From Macrostomum hystrix (Eukaryota > Animalia > Platyhelminthes), in assembly GCA_950097015.1 (NCBI GenBank), contig CATNEN010000001.1, positions 22,878,001-22,942,000 on the forward strand: DNA of 64,000 bases, written 5' to 3'. Under the pieces are notes generated by a model, which was given only the letters and a program-made list of their open reading frames with translations, had not been told where the DNA came from and did no database searches. This document shows, piece by piece, positions 50,101 to 62,100 of this stretch. The position numbers and the translations under genes are program-made. The stretch's first letter is position 1. The number at the start of each line of letters is the position of its first letter.

Positions 50101-53100
50101 AATGACTGCTGGAAGTGGGGTGCAGATCAGCTTGTCCTACGGTGGTGGGACCAGCTACAACTACACCACCGGAGACATTGAGCCGTGGGGTGGCCGCATC
50201 TTGCTCCCAAACACCACGTACGCCACAGGAGGCGACTACACAGTGACACTAAATGCCAGCAACCTGCTTGGCTTTGAGGCGCAAACGCTCACTGTCCATG
50301 TCATAGCCCCGCTCGGCATCTACAAGCTGGTGGCAGCTCCCGTTGCAGCGATCAACACCCCCGTCAGCTTCCAGCTCCAGCTGGTAACCGGCTCGCCTCC
50401 ATCGCTAACTGCCGCCACCTTCAACTGGGGCGATGGCAGCGGGTTCCAGACCTTCGCCAACATTCAGTTGAACACTGACTACAATCACACCTTCGGCGCT
50501 GTCGGACAATACTTCGTGAATTTTAACGCCTCAAATCCGATACCTTCCTTGGCCAGCAACAGCACCAGCATCATCGTAGTCCGGCCCATTGTCAATCCCA
50601 GGGTTCTCTTCACTCCACCGGTGCTCGCCAAAGGTGAGGTGGCACGAGTAATCATCAAGGTGGACGACGGCTCGAACATCACCATCCAGCTGAATCCTGG
50701 CGATGGCGGAGCTCAGTCGACATACTGGATTGGAGGTGCGCAAGTTTTCAATTTTCTCTCTTGGCCTCATTAAGCTCAAACATTTTAAATCAATAAATCC
50801 CAAGAACAAAATTATTTCAAATGCTTTTCAGCCGCTGTAACAGGAACAGAAGCAGTCCTGAACGCTACATACGTCAACAATGGAACCTTTTTGATGAGCC
50901 TATCAATCTGCAATCCTTACCACTGCTTCAACTACACTAACAGCCTCCCAGTGGTTAACAAGCTGCTTAGCAGCACTCTGGGAATGACCAACGGCGGAAA
51001 TGTCACTTTCGGGAGTAAGTACGACGATTTCAGAAAATTGTGACTTAAAAGTTTTTGTCACATTTTGCATGTTGGGTTGTAGGCACCTGCTGGACCCCTG
51101 CTTTCTCATAATCAGGCAGTGTACAACCTCAATGCGCCTTGGAGTTTGGCCCTGAAGTGTAGCCTAATGGTTAGAGAGTCGGAATCACGACTTGATGATC
51201 GGGAGTTCGATTCCTAACTCCACTGAAACTATTTTTGTCTTTTAGCAAGACACTGGACTCAGCATTAGCTGAGGTGGGATGTGATGTGACTGAGAGTGGG
51301 TGTGATGTCCCCCCAAGTCCATGGACTGTGCAACTGTGCCATGTACGCCGCCTTCAGATGCACCGTGCAAAAGCTGCGCCTGTGCTGTTGGCTGCACATC
51401 TGACCTTATTGGGCAGGTGCAATCAATAATAATATATATTAAATTGGCCCTTAAAGGCGTAAATGTGATGCCACAAGCCTTCTCTCCACGGCTGTGGCCT
51501 CCCCTCTAAATCGAGCTCAGGGACCCTGGAGCGAGGGACAAACGCGTTAGACCACTTTGACCCTCAAACCTCTCTCAAATGGGTTACATTAAAAAGGCGC
51601 CCAGACCTACTCGTAGATTGCATCGATACGCGATTTTGTTCGCCACCATCCAGGACCGCTGGTTTTCACCTTCAACTACGTGGGCACCGACGCGGACGCC
51701 CCGAGCGGGGCCATGGTGGAAGTTCGCAACGCCTCAGGCGCGGTGGTGAGCCTGACACCACTAGTCATGCGCACAACTCAAGTGTCGATTCTGTCCCTGA
51801 TTGACGGCTATGTTGACTATACATTCTTTATATATAACAACGGCAGCAACTTCACCCTGGCCGGACCAAGGGTGAGTAGCATTAGTTATGACGTGATTCA
51901 CCTGTTGAACGCACTTTACTAATAGATTGCTCCACTGTTGCATTTCAGATTGGATCATTCAGCAATGTTTCCAATCTGAACTTCACACTGAATTATCGCA
52001 GCCCTGGTGACACGAGGCTGATCAGTGGCTACGGCCCAAACAAGTTGATGTTTCCAAACAAAAAGGACCTGGTTGCTATGCCAACCACTGCTGGTATGTA
52101 CCTGACTTTTGCATCTAAGCAGTGAATCCTTTAAAATTGCTGGTAAACTGAACTGAAACCATTGCAGGCTACATTCAGGGGTACATTCTATCCATTGAGC
52201 CAATTCCTGTCAATGTTTCTGCGATCAAGATCTGCTCATTCGCTTCCAATGAGTCCGCTTTTAAATACATCGAAGGGGTGAGTAAAAAACTCTAGGATTT
52301 TTACCCGGATTCATTTACTTATTTGGAAATTTTCGGATCCAAAAACTCTTCTCTTTTGACTTTTTGTTAGCTTTCTGATTTTCTTTTGTTTACCTGCTCT
52401 TCTGAGCGCTTTTGTTGGAACTGACAGTCTGTGCAATCGACCTGCTTACCCAGAACTGAGTCTCAGCTTTTTCTTATGCATACTTACAGACTGGTGCATT
52501 TGAGGTAACTCTAACCGCGTGGAATCCTGTATCAAACGCGACTGTCACCATGAATATCACTGTCGGTGGCTCCATTGTTGGTGGCCGTGTAGTCGACAAT
52601 AACGGCATCAGTCGACCAGGACAGTTGCGATCGATCACACTGCTCTGGGATGTGATTTCTGACGACACCTGCGTGTTCGTTGATCTGGGGGTTCCAAAGT
52701 TTCGCTATGCCTACGGACCGCTTAATTGCAACATCACCTGCGGAAGCATGCTAAACGATTCCTATCAGTACACCGGTGCTCTAGTGTCTAACAACCGGCT
52801 GGACTACAATGTCATCTACGACACCCGCGGCACTTTTCAAGTGAACGTGTTCGCCTGCAACGAATTCACGAACTCCACTTTCTCGGGTACTCTCGCAGTC
52901 TCCTCAGCCAAATGCCGACCGCCCATCGTGGTATTCACCGACACTCGCTACTCATCACCAGACTCAGCTAGGAATGTCCTCCGCTCAGAGCTCGTCACAA
53001 TCGAGTGTCGAATCATTGACTTGCCCTGCGAGCTAACGCTGAGCAATCGGCGTGAGTGGTTCATCCAGAAGCTAGATCCGAGTAGCTTCGGCGTCATCGG

Positions 53101-56100
53101 CTCCGTGAACGCGTCATCCTTGCCTTCGTCTGGAAATACGATCCTCGCGTTGCCGAAGCTCTTCCTTGAGGTCGGTTTGTACAAGGTCACGGTTCGCGTA
53201 GTGATGAACAAGACCATCACAATCGAGGAGTTCGCCAATTCGACGTCAATGTACTTGCGCATCGGCAGCTCACCTATTTTCATCGCGCTGAATGACGGTG
53301 GAATGAGCGAGATCAAGTTATCAACTCAGCGCCAAGTCTGCCTAAATCCGCGACTCTTCTCTCGAGACCTGGATGTCAACTCGACCAGTCCAGATAGCCA
53401 GGGCATCGGCAGCTGGACCTTCCACTGCTACCAAGATGGTGAACCTGAGCCCGCTGATGACAGCACCACCCCAGTTGTGACACCGAAGCCCGATAGTTTC
53501 AACTACGGAAGCTACACGCCTTCTCCAACTGGCTGCTTTGATAAACCAACTCCGGGCATGGTTGCCAACGATGGAACTGGCTTGCTCTGCTTTGACGGCC
53601 GCAACCTACTGCCCGGCAAGACTTACAACTTCAAGGTGCAGGGCACCAAGGGTACGCGTAAAGGCAAAGCGTCCCTCAGGATTCAGATGGTCTCCAACCT
53701 GCCAGCCAACATTGGAATCAGGTGGGCTGGTGTGTTCCCTGTTCAATATAATCTCTAATGAGGTATGCAGACATCAGGTCTGAAAGCTAGCGTGCGTTCT
53801 CACCCCTTCCAGGTGCCGCTTCCTCTCAGCCTGTCGCCGAGTCGCCGCTATGACGGACTTTCAGATCATCAACCCATCGGAAACAGCCCAGCTGTCAGGC
53901 ACCTGCAATTGCACTGAAGACCCAGCGGTGTGCATGGCCACAGTCTGGCAGATTCGCTACCTGAATGCGTCGAACCAATGGGTCGACCTTGATAATCAGA
54001 AGCGTATCGACTTTGTCCAGGGTATGTTTGAGATTGCAATAATAATAATATTTATAGGGGGCTACGTGGACAGTACGTTGCCAGTCAGTGCACACTCTCA
54101 TTGTGCCATGGCCGTCGTGGACCTAAATTGCTCGACAAGCCCCCGGCTTTCTCTACGTGGTTGCGCCCTAAATTCTTGAGGCCTCGCAATTACGAAATCT
54201 GGACTTAGGAGCCTTGATGCGAGAATCATCGACCTTATACTAACGGCACTCAAACCCCTAAGATTGCAGTTATTCAAACTTTGAGCATATGCAATAATGC
54301 AATGTAAAAATTTGCGCCTTCCATAACACGAACAGGTACGTCGAACAAAGAAGTGTCATTCAGCCCGCAACTTTTCAAAAGTGTGAGCTCGAGAAAGTAT
54401 CGAGTCTGCCTGAATGTCGGCAACGGAACCAGCTTCGAGGGCGAGGGCTGCATCCAGCTGTTCACCAACACGCTGCCCACTGAGGGCAGTTGCAGTTGCA
54501 ACGCCAGCACCGGAGTGGCTGGGGTTTCAATCTTCAATATCACCTGTTCCGGCTACTCAGATGAAGATGGCATCGATTCCTACAAGTTCTTTCGTGAGTT
54601 GCCAGAAAACTAGCAAATCTTATTGTTGTTTTACTGTAATAATAGACTCACTCATGCTGAACCTATCTTCTATAATTACAGTTGAGAAGGAATTCAATGG
54701 CACCAAGTCCAGCCTATTACTGGGCTTCAGCCAGAACCCGAACTTTGTTGGTCCGTTCCCATTCCTGGCTGACCAGGTCATCATCCGGGTGGTTGTGGCT
54801 GACATCTACGGAGCTTCAGTCAGCAATGCGTTCAACAATATCACGGTTGGTGCAATTTAAATCTAGACTTAAATCCGAACATTGTGTACAGCTGTTCAGT
54901 CCATGGACTGGGGCCGCAACCTAAACCTGACATGTTTACCCTTCCTTAAAAACTACACAGCTGACGAAGCCAAACTCAGCTGTAACCGATGCGGTCATCA
55001 AGAGCATCCTGGGAGGCACGGCGCCTCTGCTGAAAACGCTCAATAAGGGCGACCTGCAGGACTCATGTAGCGAGCTGCAGACAGTGGCGGCCATGGTTGT
55101 GGACTCCAGCCGCAATTCCATTGGAGGTGAGCCGCTTCAGGGACACCTAGGTTTTGGTCCCATTTGCATTGTGAACGAATACGAGCTGTGGTCTCATTGT
55201 TTACTGTTATTTAGTGATCTATGAACGAATACGAGCTGTGGTCTCATTGTTTGCTGTTACTTTGTGATCTATTATATGAACGAATCCGAGCTGTGGTCTC
55301 ATTGTTTGCTGTTATTTTGTGATCTATTATATGAACGAATCCGAGCTGTGGTCTCATTGTTTGCTGTTATTTTGTGATCTATTATATGAACGAATCCGAG
55401 CTGTGGTCTCATTGTTTGCTGTTATATTGCGGCGCAATGCAAACGAAGTAACACCAATGAGGTTGCTATTGAGATGAGAAAAACCTTTGAATTTTTTGCC
55501 CAAGTGAATCAGTGGGCTGGGCTGGCTGCAATTCTTTTCCGTAGGCGTTTCGTCAGTTCCATTGTTTCGAAAGCGAAGTTTTTTATCAGTCTGTTGTCAA
55601 CCAGAGATAAAAATAAAACCAGAAAAACAATGGCAGTTGAGAAGAGAAGCAATGGGTCCTGCGGGTTAAGCGCCAGTTCTCTGAAACAGACATGTTGTCT
55701 CGCAGTTCGTTGGCCTGTCATGCGAAAATCTCCCCGAGAATGGAAAAGGAAGCGACGCGACCACCACTGATGCGGGCTCCCTCATTGCTTCCTGACAATG
55801 GAAGTCAGCAGGAATTGTTCGCGATAAACTTTTTTGTCATCCTGTCAACTGCTTTTGTGTTTCCACTCTCAATTCAGCGCTCACCGGATCCCGCTCCGTG
55901 ACCACGGCCGGCAGCGGCTACGGCGATGGCACCACAAACGGCGAGAGGGTGAGTTCGGATCAAGTTTTTTTTAAGAAGCGACGAGAAATTTTTAATCATT
56001 ATACAACATCAAAGTTCTCATCGATTCGTTGTTTGTCAGAGAGTCTTCTGTGTTAATGTAACATAAAAACTGTGTGTGCATTGTTATACTCGTACAAAAA

Positions 56101-59100
56101 AACTGTTGTAATCGTATTCATAAATTCGCGCTTTTGCTGAAATTTAACTTAAAGGTTTTAGCTAACAAGTAGTTTACAGGCTCCTTTTAATTAATCAGTA
56201 AATTGCGTCAGTTGGTATCTCGAGTACGTAGCCTGTTGTAACGTGTCCTTGCACAAAAACTCGATTTCTAATTAGTTTGTAAGTTCTTCATGAAAACCAA
56301 ATAAAACTCGGCCACCTTTTCAAATTAATATTTTTTAGATGGATCAGGTAACGAAGAATGGCTAATTGAATGCGAAAATGATTGTATATACTCACAACAC
56401 AATGCCGCTTTAGTTTGATAGTTGATGCACGGAATGCTTTAAATCACGGTTGTTCTTGACACTAATAACCTCTGATCTGGACTCAAGGCATTCAATACAG
56501 CTACCAGAAGCCCAGTTGTTCTTATTATAAGTTTGTGCTGCTCCTAAGCTTTTAGCAGTATTAATTGTTAAAATATTTTTCTATTTGCACATCGACACTA
56601 TTTTTTGTGCATCAATCAAGAGCAAACTTAGTTACCTGGTCAATTAACTCTTCCGACATTGCAGGGAGGAGCAGTGCAGGTAGGGAGCTTTGGTACATTG
56701 CTACCAGCCCGTAGCCCCACCTGTTTTGCTATTTCGTGACGTCGATTTTCATTACCGGAATTTATATTTGTTCAAGCGGATGAGCCTCCATAAACTGAAA
56801 TGGCTTGCATGGATAATTAATTTTATCTTGAACAGACTCTCTTGCTTTTTTCAGTCATTCTTTTCCTCAGCGCAAAAAAGGATCTGCATATTTCATATCC
56901 GGAACTCAATTTTTGTATGAATTTTCCTCTCGTCATTTTTTTTCCCGACCAAATAATTATGATTCCTCTATTCTAAAACATTCTGTACTGATAACATCAC
57001 TTTGTCTGTTGGATCAGACGTTGACAATGTCTGTTGGAAATTTTAGAAAATCGATGCAATGTCACCCAAGGACCAGGCCATCTACCAGAAGGAGCGAGAC
57101 GACAGGGCCAAAGTGCTGCTGACTTTGACTAACTTCTTGCCCACAATGACCGCCGTGAACGCCAAGCAGATCGAGCTGATAGGCACCAGCATGCAGTACA
57201 TCAGCTCCGGAATGGACGACCTGCCAAGATCAGCCCAGGTAAAATCTCTCATAAACAGAAAAAACGCAATCCTCGAGTTCTTTAACGATAATCAACATGT
57301 CTACCTTCACAATGGAAGCTTTTTGCTTCACTTCCTGATGATTGACTATCCTGGGACCACACACAAACAGACCTGTGTTTTTGTGTTGTCCTTGACAACC
57401 TATTCAGCCGCTCACTTCCCTAAAAAGGCTCCGAGTGATTAAAGACAGGTGGTTTTTTGCGGGCAAAAAGCAGAATAATGAAAGATGGGAATGGAGGAGG
57501 AGAGAAAACAACAGTTATGAGGACTACCAAGCCCGTTCAGCATCCCCACTCAAAGGCCTCCGTAAACCGTGTCATCCTCAATAGACTACTTTCTGCAGGA
57601 ACGTCACGATTCACCTGCCGCCACTGAGGGCACTGACATACGCAGTCATAAGTCTAAGCTATTGTCTTTCTGTCAAACATTTCTTTAATTTTTTCCATCA
57701 TCGATCAATTCCGTGGGCCCCAATAATCAGGAAACATCGTACTGCGCTTTAGCATCGTTAATCATTGTCGAAAACTACTTTTCATCCTATTCTTCTTCCT
57801 CATTTTGACGCAGCAGTCGTGAATGAAGAATTAGCTGTTATACGCTTTTCATTCGAACTAGGCTGTTTTCAGTGTGACTATTCAACAAAAACAGAAACGG
57901 AATTTATTCAGGTGCTGTCACTTTCTGTATCTCTCAAGTGTCTCTTTGAAGTTTGCACTTTTGATGCGCAAATAGGCCACAAGAGTGAGATGTCTGCATA
58001 ATGAAAGTGGAAAAGCTAGGGATTGCATAAAGTGTCGTGCCTATGAATATACAAGGCACTTGTAGAAAGTTAAATCTCAGCAGCACAGAGAAGTAAGCAG
58101 ACGCACCTGTTGTCTCTAAATTTCCGCAGCTGGGCTGCAAGAACAAGGCAGTGGAGATGGTGGCCTCCATCGGCGCGATCAGCGACTCGGTGTCCAAGGA
58201 GGAGATGGTGGCTGTGGCTCGTCCTCTCATCACCTCACTGTCGCAGACGATGTCGGTAAGCAGCTTGCTGATTGGGCTAGATGTACAGCCAGTGGCGCAG
58301 CTGCAGCTGTTCAAAGGCGCTTCCAAAGGCTGTGTACAGCTGTTCAGTCCATGGACTGGGCTGACAAAATTCCTACCCCAGCGGATGCTCGGCCCCGTTT
58401 TACAGTTTAGCGAACTGAAGCACCAAGCAATTGCCTTGCTAAATGGTACTAATTGTCTCACTTGGGCTAAAATTCGAACCCCTGACCTCTCGCTCTCGGA
58501 AGCTCCAGCCATTAGACGACAAGCTGCACAGTAGCCTATCACTATCAGTGCATCAAGGCAATAAATATATCAAGGGAGCTTAACCGCATGCATTAATGCG
58601 GTGTCAATCTAGGTCGATTAAAATCGATGGCATGAAAAAATGAAAGAAATGAAAGAAACCACACTATGGAACCGAAACCAAGCCATATGTCAGGTAATGT
58701 AGCTCGTTTAATAAAGAGTGAATAGATGAAGGTAACCGTTAACATAGATAAGATGGGTAATCGTTCTTGGTTCGATGCCTTATTTTTTCGGCAGAACCGT
58801 CCATTGCCGTGACACCAGGTCGTTGGTCGATAAGGATACAAGAAAATTATTTCGTTGGAAATTAAAAAAGTTGAAATTCTTAACTAGCCCTACTAACTCA
58901 GCCGTATTTAACGGAAAACCGCACGCCTAGGCCGCGAGTACGCAAGTAAACTGGGGCATCAACAGCGACGTCACTGCTGCCATGCACACAGACACCTACG
59001 AGTACGATACCGACTGGGAGTCGCCCCGGGCAGGCTTCATGAGCAGCAGATCAACTGGGGACGCAGGCATGAGCTTCATCAAGGAGACCAACGGCATCGT

Positions 59101-62100
59101 GCAGGGCAAGGTCTCCACCGAGGTCAGCAACGACGGCATGGTTGCCCTAGGCGCTCTGACCAACATCCTGGCCTCCAAGCAGATCCAAGGCGATGAGCCG
59201 ATGAAAATTGTCACACCGCAGCTGAGCCTTGTAATAAACAAGACGAACCCGGACAGTCTCAGCGGCCTGCAGGTGGAGACAGGTCGATCGAGGGTCTCGC
59301 TGCCGAGAGATCTGTGCAGCCTCACAAAGTCCAGAATCGCCAGTGGACAGTGCAGCGGACCGGACAGCGCTATCGCCATGACTGCCTTTGCCGTGCCCAC
59401 GAACCCATTCGTGAAGACGCCTACCAACAATGGCGACTGCACCATTCCCAATTCGGCCGAAGTGGTCACTCTCAACTTCCTGGACAGAAACGGCAAGGAG
59501 ATCCGCATTGGCAACACTGGCGATAGTGGCTGCTTTGAGATCAACATCAACAAGGATCCAACGTTTCTTGAGCCGAACTTCACCGATCCGAATCCGTTGC
59601 AGCCGATACCCCGACTCCCTGCTGGCGTTGAGGTCCCCGGCACAGCTGCAGGACCATTTGAAAGGAACGAAGTCATCTATCAGAAGCTGATTCTGCACGA
59701 CTTCCAGTTGACCGGAAGTGATCAATCTGTCCACTTTCAGGTGGAGTTCGACAACTTCACCCTCAACGTGTCCAAGTGCCGCCAGTTCCTGGTTGTTGGT
59801 CGCCTCTGGCGCGCACCGTCGCTTATGGATAAGAACGAAGGCTTTGACTGGTGGAGCATGGTGCCGCGACACACTCGCTACTGCTATGAGCCTCCAGGCA
59901 AAAATGAACCGGATCCATTCACATTCTTTGTCTCCAACGACAAGTTCAATAAGGTCAAGGCCCGGGTGCGCAAAGAGGCGTCGGACTGGGACAAGGATGT
60001 CAACAAGGTCAAGTTTGGTGTGCGAGAACTCGAAGAGAGTGAGTGGAACATGTACACCGAGAACAATCGGCCGCCGTGTCCGTATCCGTATCACAAGCAG
60101 TTTACCATCAAGTACCGGGTGCGCATTTTCAGCGCCAGTTGCTACGCTATTAGACCCAATGAGGCGTCCTGGAGCACCTCCGGGTGCGTGGTCGGCAACA
60201 TGACAACAGTGCGCACGACCCAGTGCCTTTGCACCCATCTCACCTCCTTTGCCGGCGGCTGGGTCGAGTCGCCAAACACTATCGATTGGAATTATGTGTT
60301 CTCGAACTTTGACTTCACCAAGAATCCGACTCTGTTTGTGACTCAGATTGTCATCGCGGTTGTCTTCATTATGGTCTTCTTGTGGGCTCGACACGGCGAT
60401 AAGAAGGATCTTGAGAAGGTGAGATAAGCAGGCTTTGATGAATGTTTATTATCAGCTTGATTAATAATTATTATTCCACATTCTATCAGCTCGGCGTGAC
60501 TCCACTGTACGACAACAATCCTGAGCACAAGTATCTGTACGAGATTGTCGTGAGCACTGGTATGCGGCGCGGGGCTGGCACAGAGTCTAGAGTGCACTTC
60601 ATTCTGAGCGGTGAGAGAGATGAAACAGACATCAGGCCGCTCGAGGACAAGAAGAGGCGGGTTCTGCAGAGGGGCTGTGTTGACCGCTTCCTGATGGCTG
60701 TCGAAAGGTATTTAATTTTCCTAGTTAATAGAAAATTTAAGCACTTGATTCTTATTTTCTTTGCGGACTGAAGGATGTTATTATCTCAAGCAAATTCGGG
60801 AGCTGATATAAAGGCATTTGGCGACTGCATTTTTATGGTTATAGTTTAAAGAAAACAGCATTATTTTCTCAAATTCAGACCCCTCGGCTCGCTGAATTTC
60901 ATCCGCATCTGGCACGACAACAGTGGCAGGGGCTCGGCTGCTTCCTGGTACTGCAACTCCGTCGTGGTTATCGACCTGCAGACTCGTCTTCGCTATCACT
61001 TCGTGCTCAACCGCTGGCTTGCAGTGGAAGAAGACGATGGCTGCGTTGATCGTGTGGTTCCAGTGGCTGGTTTGGAAGAGCTGAAGGACTTTAACTATAT
61101 GTTCTCAACTCAGACGAAGAAAGATTTTACAGACGGTCACCTGTGGTTGTCTATCATGGCCCGTCCGCCAGAATCGAGATTCACCCGTGTCGAGCGAGTT
61201 GCCTGCTGTCTGTTCCTCCTATTCCTGACCATGGTAACTACCTGCATGTTCTACCAGAAGGAGGGTCCGACCAAGGCTTCGGCAACCAGCGGACTGAACA
61301 TCGGTCCTTTCTCCCTGACACCGCGAATGGTTTGGGTCGGTGTTGTCACAAACATCATCACCTTCGTGCCGCTGTTTCTGGTCATGGAGCTTTTCCGCCG
61401 CTCTCGTCTCCGTGTCGGCTACATCAACCAGCTTAAGAAGGCCATAGACGACCACTTCGACGGCTCGGATCCGGACGACTTCGCGAACTCGGAGCAGAGC
61501 TCCAAGTACAAGGTGCAGCAGACCCCAAAAGCACAGCCAACAAAGCCTGTGCGACCTGCCGCTTCGGCTTCTGCCAAGCAAGTGAATGTCGACGTTGAAG
61601 AAGACGAAGAGAAGCCGCCAAAGCGGCCGCTACGATTCCCGTGGTGGGTGCGCATTATCTCCTGGACGATACTGATTGTTGGCACAGCTACATCGGCTGT
61701 ATTTACCACCTTCTACGGCATACAGTTCGGCGACGATACCTGCAAGAAATGGATTTCGTCTTTGTTCGTGTCCTTCTTCGCCTCAGTCATGCTCTCCCAG
61801 CCGCTGAAGGTGCTGCTCGTGGCAGTATTCTTTGCTCTGCTGTGCAAGAAGCAGAACAGCAACGAAGAGGAGGAATTCCTGGACGATGAAGAGGAAGTTC
61901 TCAACGAGCTTGGACAGCGTTACGGCCTGCGCGGCGACGAGGAGTGGATGTACGGCGAAGACGAAGACGGTCGGCAGCGCAAGAGTGGCATCGAACCACC
62001 GAACGCCGAGCTTTTGGAGCGAGCCCGCGAACGCCGGCTGAAGGAGAAGAAAATGTTTGAAATTATTCGGGAAATTGTCTTCTACTTTCTGTTTTATCTT

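Noticed and set aside
59147-60394. 415-aa antisense ORF
   Set aside because: A shadow of the GC3-rich PKD1-like exon on the opposite strand.
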